Source: Amoebophrya sp. A120
Lineage: Eukaryota; Protista; Dinoflagellata
NCBI GenBank assembly: GCA_905178155.1
Contig: CAJINV010000015.1
Coordinates: 705,309-769,308 of the forward strand
Length of the DNA stretch: 64,000 nucleotides
Direction of reading: 5' to 3'
Position 1 is the stretch's first letter; each line of letters begins with the position of its first letter. Shown here one piece after another: positions 1-10,300 of this stretch. The notes under the pieces were generated by a model, which saw nothing but the letters and a program-made list of their open reading frames with translations, searched no databases and was not told where the DNA came from. Both the position numbers and the translations under genes were made by a program.

Positions 1-1134
1 CTTTCAACTCGACAAAGTAGTACACCCACTGTTCCTATCCAGGAAAAGACACCCATCCCCATCCAATTTGTCATGCAAAACACGCATAAGTGCCAATGTT
101 TGTCATGCAAAAAATGGATGGGGATGGGTGTTTTTCCTGGATAGTTCCGGGTACGTCACTTGCATGGATCCCTCGTCTAGAATCACGTCCTCCAAAAGTT
201 CCATCCCACCGCGGATGTTCCTCGCCAAGTGCCTCTGGTTCGTCTGCTCCAGTTATGAGAGTTCTACTACTGCGCAACGAGGACTCCTCCGCACTTGTCG
301 GGCATAAGCAGCAATACAAGCGTCGGCAAGACCAAGAGAATAAAGAGTGCACGTTGATTTGCATGACCACAGATTCACGCGAACAAGATCGTGGTCCTGC
401 TTGGGCTCCTGCCAGACGAGCCTGCACCTGTCATGCAAACAGTGCCAAGAAGCAAAGACCAGCCTTAGTATAGATACTTTTGCATGACAAATGAGGGGTC
501 CTCACAGTACCAGTTGTGCATTCTCGTACCAAAAGATCGATCAGACGGCGGATGAATTTTTCCCGCTTTGTGTCCGAATTGTTCCAAAACTCCGTGAAGA
601 GCCGCATCCTTTGGGGGTAGGTGAGACGGTGCTTGAAAAAGTTCAACACGTCGTCGCTAACATTCTTAGTCGTCAAAAACGGATACGAACCCTCCGGAAA
701 GGGTTTGGTGTGCTCGCTATCGAAAAAGCTGCACTTCAGCGGGTTTGTTTTAGATTTACCGGTTTGGCTTGATGAAGAAGAAGCAGAAGGAGTTGTTGAC
801 GCGTTGCTTTTATCGTAAAGAAGTCCACCCCAACTACCGGAAGACGACGGCTGTGGTGCAGCTCCTACTTTCTTCAAAAGCTTTGGCTGGTGCGCCGCAG
901 CAGGATCGGTTGCAAGAAGGGTATTGGTGTAGTTCGTCGGCGAAGAACTCATCGTTCCACCAGGCAACATTTTCTCGACCGCACCACCGGAACCCTTGGA
1001 GCTAGAGTTTGAGTTTTTGCCGGCTCCTGGTCCTGCTGCAGAGTTAAAATCATGCTGTCTTCTTAGTCGCACGCTGTGGTGCTGATCCTCGTCGGTTGAG
1101 TGCGATGTTGCGTCGGAATCCGAGGAGGCGCCTT
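1..1134 (-). CDS. Hypothetical protein, 3' part runs off the window; exons approx. 1134-529, 248-144, 30-1 (possible upstream exon 1240-1516)
   Basis: ORF 431..1072 joins in frame, after removing elements 254..528 and 36..143 plus 5 bp each, to give ...RRLIDLL/EQTNQRHLARNIRGGMELLEDVILDEGSMQVTYPE/QWVYYFVELK. No family recognised. Confidence 0.65.
36..143. mobile_element. Introner family A (108 bp)
   Basis: TIR TATCCAGGAAAA..CACCCATCCCCATCCA / TGGATGGGGATGGGTG..TTTTCCTGGATA; perfect 5-bp flank GTTCC on both sides. Confidence 0.95.
254..528. mobile_element. Degenerate introner-like intron (275 bp)
   Basis: Ends TATGAGA / TCTCGTA, flanks CCAGT/CCAAA, internal GCATGAC motifs; element plus 5 bp removal restores frame. 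Confidence 0.65.
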
Positions 1135-1975
1135 CTGTATGGAGGAGGAGAAGAAAAAAACTCTATCGGAATAAAAGCACCAAATGCTTAAACATAAATC
1201 TCCGAACCAAGTATATCATAATTGCTGGTCATCATCATGACAAAACTTGATGGCCGCTACCGTCGCTTTCTTGAACAGAATAGAGACGATGCAAAAGAAC
1301 TAGGAGCAAAGAATGTTGATGAAACTCCAGTCCAGGATACAACAATCGCGCGCAAGAAAGAAGGCAGCACAGAGCATACCTGAACAATCCTTGGTGTAGT
1401 GCTTGCAACATAGCCCCTCCCCCGACGGTGGTTTTCTTCTTGGATAGATGTTCGCCCATTTCGAGTAGTCGATAGGAGGCATTGTCAAGAAGAGCCGCGT
1501 GCTCTTGCCGTACCACTATTCAAGTTCAGCTGTTGTACCACTGTTTAAGTCCACAAAATAAAGGTCGAGTACGTCAACGTGGTGAGATGTTGAAGAAAAT
1601 CGATTTATAGGCAACCCTAAAATACAAGTAATAGAAGAAGTGTTGTCTTGTCTTCACGGATCAACGCAGAAAGATGAAAAATTTATAGTATATAGAATTG
1701 CATTCGCTTCAAATTCAACTTGGTTGTTAACGTTGGTGATGGTTGTGATGGTGGCCCTGACGCGAGTACTACATGAGCAAGAAAAGCATGATAGAGACAA
1801 TTATGGCCTCATCAGTAGCGCAGCAAAACAACGATAAAAGCAACTACCTCAACGCCAACTACTGCGACAAAAATACAGTTGATCTTCTCCATGCTGTATA
1901 CTTTCATTGAAGAACCAGATCCTCAGCGTAGCTGTCGCGGGGCCCAAACAAGTGAAGTGATCAGCGTCTTCAAAA

Positions 1976-2705
1976 TTATTGAAAAGTAGCTCTACAGGTA
2001 AAAGAACGATCTGTGTCTTCAAAATCGAAAAATAGCGCAAAAACCGGCATCATAGCTGAAGGAGCTTCAGGTTTCACTTTTGATGCTCGTGGTCTGCTAT
2101 TTCTACTACTTGCCGTCCCATCCAGATGCGCATCTCGCCGAAGCCCATTTTTGGGCCAAAGCTGACATTCGAGCAAAGAAACGAATACTTACAATTTCAT
2201 TTTTACGTGGGCAGCTTCTTCAGAACTCCGGAGTAGAGCGAACACGCGGCAGAACCGGCTTGTTCCCATGGGGTCGGTGGGGCATGACCTCATCCTTTCT
2301 CTCGGAGATGGAACAAAAGGAAAACTATTGACTCCTTGTTCGATGAAAAATAGGGTGTCGGTGTGGCTTTATTGTAAAATTACGGTGAAACACAAACACG
2401 TTTATTATGGATGCAGATCTATGCATATGCTAAATGGAATTCATCTACGGTTCTTGGATAGAGCTCCTGTTGTTGTCTCCTACTTTAGATGATAGGTGGT
2501 TCGTTTCGCTTTCCATGATGTACTTATTTCATCTGGTAGACGAGTCTTCTTCTTCGAGCGAGGAGATCGTTTTTTCTGATTTTTCCTCTTGATGGTTAAA
2601 TTTAGCTTGAGTTGTAAAGCCCTTGGTGTTGGTTTCTGTGGTAAGTCGTAGAGCAGTAATGTGAAAGTGAACGATGAGCGAAAGTATAGTATAATGAGCC
2701 AACAT
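1976..2705 (-). CDS. Possible small multi-exon hypothetical protein with N-terminal hydrophobic segment
   Basis: MLAHYTILSLIVHFHITALRL at 2705 and open segments at 2210-2340 and 1976-2190 separated by AT-rich gaps; joins not verified. Confidence 0.3.
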
Positions 2706-3259
2706 CGAAAAAAAAAGGCACTCGTGTGTTGTAATGTACCGGAAAAACAAAATTGAAAAAAGATGGGGAAAAAAAATGAAGAAAAAAAAATGATTAAACA
2801 AATGAGGAAATGTAAGAGCTGACCGACTGCAAAAAAATAAATATTAAAAGCAGCTTTTTGTTTTTATTCGCGCTAGAGATTGATAGGGGTGCAATTATGA
2901 AAAACAACTGTCGTCCACGAGGGGGGTGATCGGGAGCTATAAATCGCCGAGTGGATCACGCGACCTTTAACAGCATCTCTCAGTCCTCGTCGGGCGCAGC
3001 AACACGCTCTTTCGTTCTTGGAATACAGGGATACAGTAGCTGCAAAAAAATGGGAAACAGAGAAATGACGAGTAAGAAAATTATGCGTGAATGAAAAATC
3101 TTAAAAATTCTTGTACAGACTGAGTTTACCTAGAAATTCTTGCTACGAGCCTAGCTTGAATTTGAAAAAACAAAAAAAGAAAAAAGTCAAAATGTTGAGA
3201 GAAATAATATCATGCTCTTCTACTTCCCGACCCCTTTTGTCGGGTTTTTCTTTTTCCTC

Positions 3260-5760
3260 TTACCGGTCCCAAATGCCGAAACCATCCATAACCAAAGCGT
3301 GTTGGTCGGTATCAAGTGTAAAAGTGTCTGGGCGGTCTGGAAGATTGCCAGGTTTGTCATGCACATTTTGCGTGACGTCTGATGTCTGTGATGCCTGCCC
3401 TAGCGTCACAGATTTTGTGAGGGCTTCCTGATGCCTATACCGCATGACCAATGCTCTTTCCGTGTAGCAAAACTTGGGCTCTCTTTGGTGCTGCTCATGC
3501 AATACAGAGATTTTTAGAATCCAAAATCAGCATGACAAGTTGGATTCTTCCAGACCCAGACATTTTTACAGTTGATAGTCGGGACGTTGAAAAAGCGCGT
3601 ACCCGTTCACCCACATAGCGAGATATCCAAAGTAGTAAACAAGTTTTCATTTCCATACACGTACGATAAAAGCTGTTCGTTGAATGATGCCAGGGTGCAT
3701 CATCTTCCTGACTAAGTACCGTCTTATTTGAAGTTCGGTTTTTATTTTTTACTTCTCTCGAAGCAAGAGAGCATGACAAAGAACTCGGGTGATGTTGTGT
3801 CTTCACAGCTTGTTCAACGAAAATATCCTGCGGCGGTAGTTCAAGTTATTGAGTTTAATTTTGATGAATACTGTGCGATGCATTCACTGATATTAGGCCA
3901 ATTTTTTACATTTCGTACGTGTCCGGTAAAGAAACAGAAAGTTTGTTTTGCGTACCAGCGAGGAGACATCGTTCGGGAAGGCTTGGAGGTCCTGGATGTG
4001 CCAGTTTTTATTTTTGAACCGTTTCATGTCCCGATATCAAGTGCAATTTTGTCTGGGTCTGGAAACCTGTGATGCTGAATTGAGCATGATTGAAGCGCTT
4101 GCAATGGCAGCCAAGCATGATAATTTTTTGAGACGCCTTCTGATGCCTAGCACGCATCACAAATTGCGTTTTTGCATGACAAAGAATCCTTCTCTTTTGC
4201 TGCTCATGCAACACAGATTTTCCGGGAATGCAAGACACGCATCACAAGTTCCACTTTTCCAGACCCAGACATTCTTGCATTTGATACCCGCACCGTTTTG
4301 TCAATGATGATGAGCCGCAGATGGCCAAGCTTCGGATCTTATGCAGCGCAAAAGTATCGTACTCGTAGTAATTGCATTTGTGCATGACAAATCTTTTTCT
4401 CAAGGGAAATCAGCATTACAAGTTTACTTTGTAATGCTGGGCTAATTTGTAATGCAATTTATACTAGTACGATGCTTCTGCATTGCATAGATCTGCATGG
4501 TGAACCCCGTCCAGCATGAACACTTCCCACCCACTGAACAGCGGCGGCGTGGCGGGAGAATTCACATCGAAGGCCTACTATCAAATGTAAAAGTGTCTGG
4601 GTCTGGAAGATTGCCACGTTTGTCATGCATATTTTGAATGACCCATGACGTCTGTGATGCATGACCTAGCTGGCATCACAGATTTTTAGAGCACTTTTTG
4701 ATGCCTCTACCGCATGAGAAACGCCCTCTCCACGTAGCACAAACTGGAGTCCTTTTGCTGGTCATGCAATACAAATTTTTTTAGAATCCACAGACAGCAT
4801 TACAAGTTTAGAATCTTCCAGGCCCAGACATTTTTACATCTGATACCTTCCATGTGTTTACCACTGTGCGGAGAGGAGCAGGCTCAACGTCCTGGTCGTG
4901 TTCCGGCCGCTGCAGCTGGTTATCAACTGTGAAAGTGTCTGGGTCTGGAAGATTGCCAGGCTTGTCATGCATATTTTGCATGACTCCTCAAGTCTGTGAT
5001 GCATGCCCTAGCATCACAGATTTTTAGAGGGCTTCCTCATGCCCATTCCGCATGACAAATGCTCTTTCCGTGCTGCAAAATTTGGACTCTCTTTGTCTTT
5101 GCTGCTCATGCAATACAGATTTTTTTAGAATCCAAAATCAGCATGACAAGTTGGATTCTTCCAGACCCAGACATTTTTACAGCTGATACTGCTCCCCGTC
5201 TTGCAGCTGGTCTTGTTGATGTTCTTGCTCGTCGGAATTGTAGTGGCCTTCATAACGCTATCCTCTGCAAGAAAAGTGAGTATCGCTATCGCGCTCTCAA
5301 TCTGAATGACAAGTCTTGTTTCTTAGGCAGAAAGAATTACAAAGTATTTCACTTTTATTAATCTTCATGCTGCGCAAGTTATTTGATGTCATGCGGTTGT
5401 TGATACATAAAGCTCCGAATCAGTACTGCGATATTTTCACTTTTGCAATGCATAAACGCGGATCCGGGAGAAAAGCAAGGCCATGGAGCTTGTCGTGCTC
5501 CTGGTTTGCCTCGAGCTGGTCGTATTCCTCGGGATCTGGGTATCCTGTGCAAAAACTCAACGTACCAGTAGTAGTACCCATCCCACCAGATTTATGTCAT
5601 GCAATTCTTGCTCTTGTTCTTCTGGCAAGTAGGGCCGGAGGTCGTCAGTCACTCCTCGTCCTCCCTGATGTTGCAAAATTTTTGCATAAATAAGGGCGTT
5701 GATGCGTAGCTGTGTATGTTGGGTGGAGCAAGAACCTTTCATGGCGCTCCTCCTCTAAGC
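3260..5760 (-). CDS. Hypothetical protein split by at least 6 introners (5' end may extend to about 5950)
   Basis: Hand-spliced: DPEEYDQLEANQEHDKLHGLAFLPDPR/YEGHYNSDEQEHQQDQLQDGEQ/LQRPEHDQDVEPAPLRTVVNTWK/AFDVNSPATPPLFSGWEVFMLDGVHHAD/PKLGHLRLIIIDKTVR/DMKRFKNKNWHIQDLQAFPNDVSSLVRKTNFLFLYRT...FGYLAMWVNGYALFQRPD/QHALVMDGFGIWDR*. The frame is kept at every marked element junction. Confidence 0.8.
3310..3577. mobile_element. Introner family B (268 bp)
   Basis: TIR TATCAAGTGTAAAAGTGTCTGG / CCAGACATTTTTACAGTTGATA; TSD GTCGG/GTCGG. Confidence 0.95.
4035..4286. mobile_element. Introner family B (252 bp)
   Basis: TATCAA..TGTCTGGGTCTGGAA / TTCCAGACCCAGACA..TTGATA; flanks CCCGA/CCCGC. Confidence 0.9.
4340..4489. 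mobile_element. Introner family C (150 bp)
   Basis: TIR TATGCAGCGCAAAAGTATCGTACT / AGTACGATGCTTCTGCATTGCATA; TSD GATCT/GATCT. Confidence 0.95.
4579..4845. mobile_element. Introner family B (267 bp)
   Basis: Family B TIRs; flanks CCTAC/CCTTC; interior is the reverse complement of the 59880..60145 copy. Confidence 0.9.
4921..5188. mobile_element. Introner family B (268 bp)
   Basis: Family B TIRs; flanks CTGGT/CTGCT; close relative of 3310..3577. Confidence 0.9.
5259..5454. mobile_element. Diverged family C-like introner (196 bp)
   Basis: TATCCTCTGCAAGAAAAGTGA / TCACTTTTGCAATGCATA; TSD AACGC/AACGC; frame restored. Confidence 0.85.
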
Positions 5761-5969
5761 AGGAATACATAAACAAACGGCCACCTCGAGTACTCACTAG
5801 AAGATGTTGTTGTAGCCGCGGCGGCCACGAGGGCGGCGCTACCTGGTTGTACAACGTACTTAAGCATGACAAGAAAAGCCAGATGCTTGTTGTTTTCACG
5901 ACTCGTGAAGTAGTAGACCCCGCTCTTCAAGAGTGGTCTTGCGAATGAACTACAAATCCCCAAAAAAAA

Positions 5970-7270
5970 CATTCAGAAAAAAACACCCATCCCCATCCAT
6001 TTTGCCATTTTTTTAATGCAAAAAAATCATGAAAAATAAATAAAAAAAGAAAAAAATCCGAAATATTTTTTGCATGGCATTTGCGAGAAGTGCTAACTGA
6101 TGGAGCTAGCTAGTGGCGTCAGTGGCTGCACATACTTTCGCTATGTGATTTTAAGGTGGCTAGCTGAAACCGAGATCCGAACCACGACCGAGAAATACAA
6201 CTCGCCGAAGCCAGTTCTCGTCGTTGGGCACCTCTGGTCCCATGGAGGTTTTGAACTTTTGGCGCAGTCACGCACAGATACCCAGAGGTAGCGGAGAACT
6301 CGCCAAGAACGCCGCGGCTGCACCATTGAAATTAGCGGGAGCAGCACCAGCTGCGCAATTATCATCGATAGTTGCAGAGCAGATCTTGCGTTCCAGCTCA
6401 CGAAAAAAAAACGATTTTTTTTTTCGCAAAAAAATGTCACGCTTTTGAAAATGCTCACTTTTTTGATGGATGATGTTTTTTCGCACGACGGCACCACAAA
6501 TATTGGATCGACCCATCCAGTCCATTTTCTTGTAGAAGTGGCTGGATGGGTCGAGGCAATATTTGTGGTACCGTCGTGCGAAAAAACATCATCCACAAAA
6601 AAGTAGGAATTCTTGCAATTTTCAAAATGACACTAGAATTTGTGGATGATGTTTTTTCGCACGACGGTGCCACAAATATTGCTTCGACCCATCCAGCCAT
6701 TTCTAGAAGAAAATGGACTGGATGGGTCGATCCAATATTTGTGGTACCGTCGTGCGAAAAAACATCATCCATCAAAAACAAGGTCAATTTCAAAAACGAA
6801 ATTTTTTTGGAAAAAAAACAAAATCAAAAAGTTTTTCCTACGGCAGCCTTGCCGAACAGCAAAAGTCTTCCCGTCCTGAATTTGTATTATCCACTCGAAC
6901 CGAAAGGACAGCACGTGTCAAAATCCATCCCAGGTCCGTCGCTTTCATCCCATGTGGCGACGCGGCGGCATGGCGATATGGCCACTGCAAAATGGGCCAA
7001 GCGATGGGGCCAGAGTCGATGTGCGGCGGCGAAAAGAGGCTTTTGCAGGATCTGGAAGTCGTCGCCTGCTGCGATGACCTGTGATGGACCTAGCAAATTT
7101 CATTCATGTCAAAAGTTCCTAGCTATGACGCCACTTTAGCTATGTCACCATTAAAGTGATTGCTTCCGATGCCGATTGGTGACAACCCTGAAAATTTTTT
7201 GAAAAAAAGCCGGTTTTTTTTTGTTGAAAAAATAGCAAAATGGATGGGGATGGGTGTTTTTTTCTGGATA
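5970..7270. mobile_element. 1301-bp non-autonomous TIR element, copy 1 (family A termini)
   Basis: Reverse complement of 43588..44888 almost base for base. Left terminus altered (CATTCAG instead of TATCCAG) and no TSD visible. Confidence 0.9.
6460..6778. repeat. Compound palindrome: four approx. 57-bp units in U,U',U,U' order forming two mutually inverted approx. 135-bp hairpins
   Basis: Unit TGGATGATGTTTTTTCGCACGACGGYRCCACAAATATTG..TCGACCCATCCAG at about 6467 and 6643, reverse complements ending at about 6594 and 6771. Confidence 0.9.
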
Positions 7271-7342
7271 ATTATCTTCTTGACTTCTACGGGGTGAAGA
7301 TGGGCACTACGTAGTGTACGTAGAACTAAAAGTTCTTTTTAC

Positions 7343-10300
7343 TCAGGATAGCACTTCGCCAATGATCATGGGAACCCAAACCGGCTGCTTCCCCGGAGCC
7401 AGAACCGCATGCGGTTCGTCTTGACCGAGAAGCTCCTGCCTGTATCCAAGAAAAAAAACGTTGTTAGTGTAAATTTGTGATGCGCAACACTCAAGATGAT
7501 TTCGTGTTTCATGCATGGCATGCATCGTAAGGCCCATTAAAGGGCGTTTTCACGTCGTACTATCTGCGCATGACAGGTTTTTGCTGTCATGCCAGACAAA
7601 TTTGTAATGCTATTCCTTCAAAAAAGTTAGACCTACAATGTTTTTTTCTTGGATAGCCCGGTCTCGGGGTTCACGACCGCGACGTTCTCGCGCCCGTGCA
7701 ACAGCTTCTGCACTTTCGCGTGCAAAGCGCTCCGCTGCCACTTGTGCAGGTTTGTCGCTTCTGAGCCCACCAGCGTCGCCGGGTCGACCTCCTCAACCAC
7801 CGGACGACCCGCGTTTGCAACAGCGTGAGGAGGAGGAGGGCCCGCGGCCGCGCCCGCAGGGTTCCCGAAGGGGACTCCACCACTGCGCGGGCGAGGCAAC
7901 GGCCCTTCTTGTAGAAGTGGTCCACCAGTAGCAGTACCCCCGACAGCATCAAGAGGCGCGATCTATCCAGTGCAAAGATCGTGTCTGGGTCGGGAAGGAT
8001 GCAAGGTTTGTCATGCACGTTTTGCATGACTTCTCCTAACGTCAGTGATGCATGGACTAGCATCACAGATTTTGCGAGGGCTTCCTGAGTGATGCCTTTA
8101 TCGCATGAGAAATGCCCTCGCGCCGTGGCAAAAACTGCACCACCACCTCTTTTACTGTCCATGCAATTATACAGATTTTTGTAGTATTTGTAGTATGCAG
8201 ACGCAACATCACAAGTTACATCCTTCCAGACCCAGACACATTTGCAATCCATACAGCCCCTCCTCCACCTGCATCGTGCGGCCCCAGACTGGCAGGAAAA
8301 GAAGAACTTGTACCTTGCGCCGCGGCAAGAAATGCTGGATCCTGTGCGTGAAGATGTTGTAGCCCTCCTGCATCAAGATCATGTTCATGTTGAGCAGGTA
8401 AGGCTGGAGCAGGTGGTTGGAGACCATACTCGCCCCCTTGTAGTCCTCCCCAGCCGACGGCAGGAAGAGCATGCGGAATCATGCTTCCACCCGCTACTGC
8501 TTGTAGTCCAGTATGCGGATCCAAATCACCACCGCCGAGATGAGATGTTGCTGTATCAAGACCATGGCTGAGTAGAAAGCCCCCATCTGGGGCATTTATA
8601 TTTTGCATTTGCTCCGTAACAGTGCTGCCGGTAAAAGCACCAGCCCCAGAAGCCGTGGCTGGCGAGGTGGTCCTAGACAGCCCCACCTTTTGAATCAGCT
8701 CCCACAAATCGGTTCCCACCTGCTGCTTCACCACTTCCGTGAGCCCGGTCTTGCGGCTGAAGTAAGCCGCCCGCACCACCGTGTTACCACTTGCCGGTTG
8801 GTCGCGAGGCCAGGCGACGGCCACCACCGCCACGTTTGCCTGCGGGTTGGCACCACCCGAGTAGGGATTTTGGTACGCCGTGGACATGGCAATGTCGGCT
8901 AGAATGATCTTGCCCTCGCACCGCAGCTCCGCCTTGCCTTGCGGCTGAATACTGTGTCCGTTCACGATGCGGTCCACCCCGAAAAACTGCAGAGCAGCTA
9001 TCCAGGAAAAAACACCCATCCACATCCAATTTGTCATGCAAAACATACATAAAGTTCTGTGTTTGTCATGCAATAAATGGATGTGGATGGGTTTTTTTTC
9101 TGTGGATAGCAGCATCGACTTCACTACAGTCGGGCGGCTGCTCTCCCGGGAGCCCATGAGTGCTGCGGCCCCAAAAAGGGGACGGCGTCCGCAGATTGGG
9201 GTTCTGATAATAGACTGCTTTGCCAAGGTATGGGGGTGCCAGGATCGAAATCGACAAAATCGAAAAAGTTTGCGACGCATAGAATGTAGGGCACGCAAGG
9301 CCTGTATTGGGGAGCAGGCAAATGAGACCGATTGCGTTCTTGAGCCCGCTTAAGGGTATGCAACGCGCTCCGCTGCCGGAGTTGGAGTAGCATGACAGGA
9401 GCAGTCTTCTTTGCCCAAACAGCACGACAGGCTGGATTTTGGTGCTCCTGAAATTTGTCATGCGCCAATAGAAAACCGAGCTGGTATCGGTTTTAATATG
9501 CGTCGCAAATTATTTCGAGTGCGTTGATTTCGATCCTGACGCCTCCATACCTCGAGGGCGGGGTCCCCGTCCATCACATCGAGGCCATCGAGGTCCTGGC
9601 TCGTGCTTGTCTCCACGAGCGAAAAAAGGTCCTCGTGCACTGCGCGTAAAACGTCGTCGCGAAATTTCGGGTTTTGCATGATCTCGTTCTCGATCTCGGC
9701 AACGCTCGCACTGTTGACAACAGTCCCGCGCATTGTCCGAGCCTGGCTCTCGACCGCGACTCGAAGCACATGATCCATCACAGCATTGCTGATGCTCGCA
9801 TGCATGTACAGCGTGCGCCCCACCACCACCATGCTGTCCGCGCGCGTCCGGAGTTTTTCAAAAAGCCAGCCGCCCGGTCCCCAGGCCTCTCCGTAGTCCG
9901 CCCGAGGAGCCCAGGACCCTGTAAAAGGGTCCGGGTTCGCGTTCTCAGCTGATATTGATTGGACCGACGAAGGTGGTCTGCTTGTGGCCCATGAAGATTC
10001 GGGCTCCTTTATCGTATGCAAAAACGTCCCCGCCACGGCATAGTCAAGATGGGAAATCGGCTAGACAAATCCACAAGCTTTGGCTGTATTGCATGACAAA
10101 TTTGGACTCGTAGCGTAGTGCTGTTTGAGCTAGCTCAGCAGCATCACAAATCTAGTACATCATGCTGATTGGAGCATGACAAATTGCAAAAAACGACTAG
10201 AAATCGCTCCTCATGGGGCTCCACATGAGAAACATGTTCAGCATGCAGATGTGCATGACAACTATGGGGTGGGGACGTTTTTAAATACGATATCCTTGGT

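Noticed and set aside
2138-2161. CCGAAGCCCATTTTTGGGCCAAAG as a dinoflagellate spliced-leader relic
   Set aside because: Needs several indels and mismatches, and lies on the strand opposite to all genes.
2880-3000. Minus-strand AUUGCAC loop and neighbouring hairpin as U1 or U2 snRNA
   Set aside because: Very weak closing stem and no other snRNA motifs in the right order.
3260-5361. Recurring peptides such as FQTQTFLHLI, MSGSGR, LPDPDIF and QKYRTR in many short ORFs as a repeat-protein family
   Set aside because: They are translations of family B and C TIRs, not proteins.
6546-7139. 197-aa ORF (and its copy at 43719..44312) as a transposase
   Set aside because: It is largely a translation of the palindromic repeats and poly-A tracts; no DDE, HUH or recombinase motif is visible.
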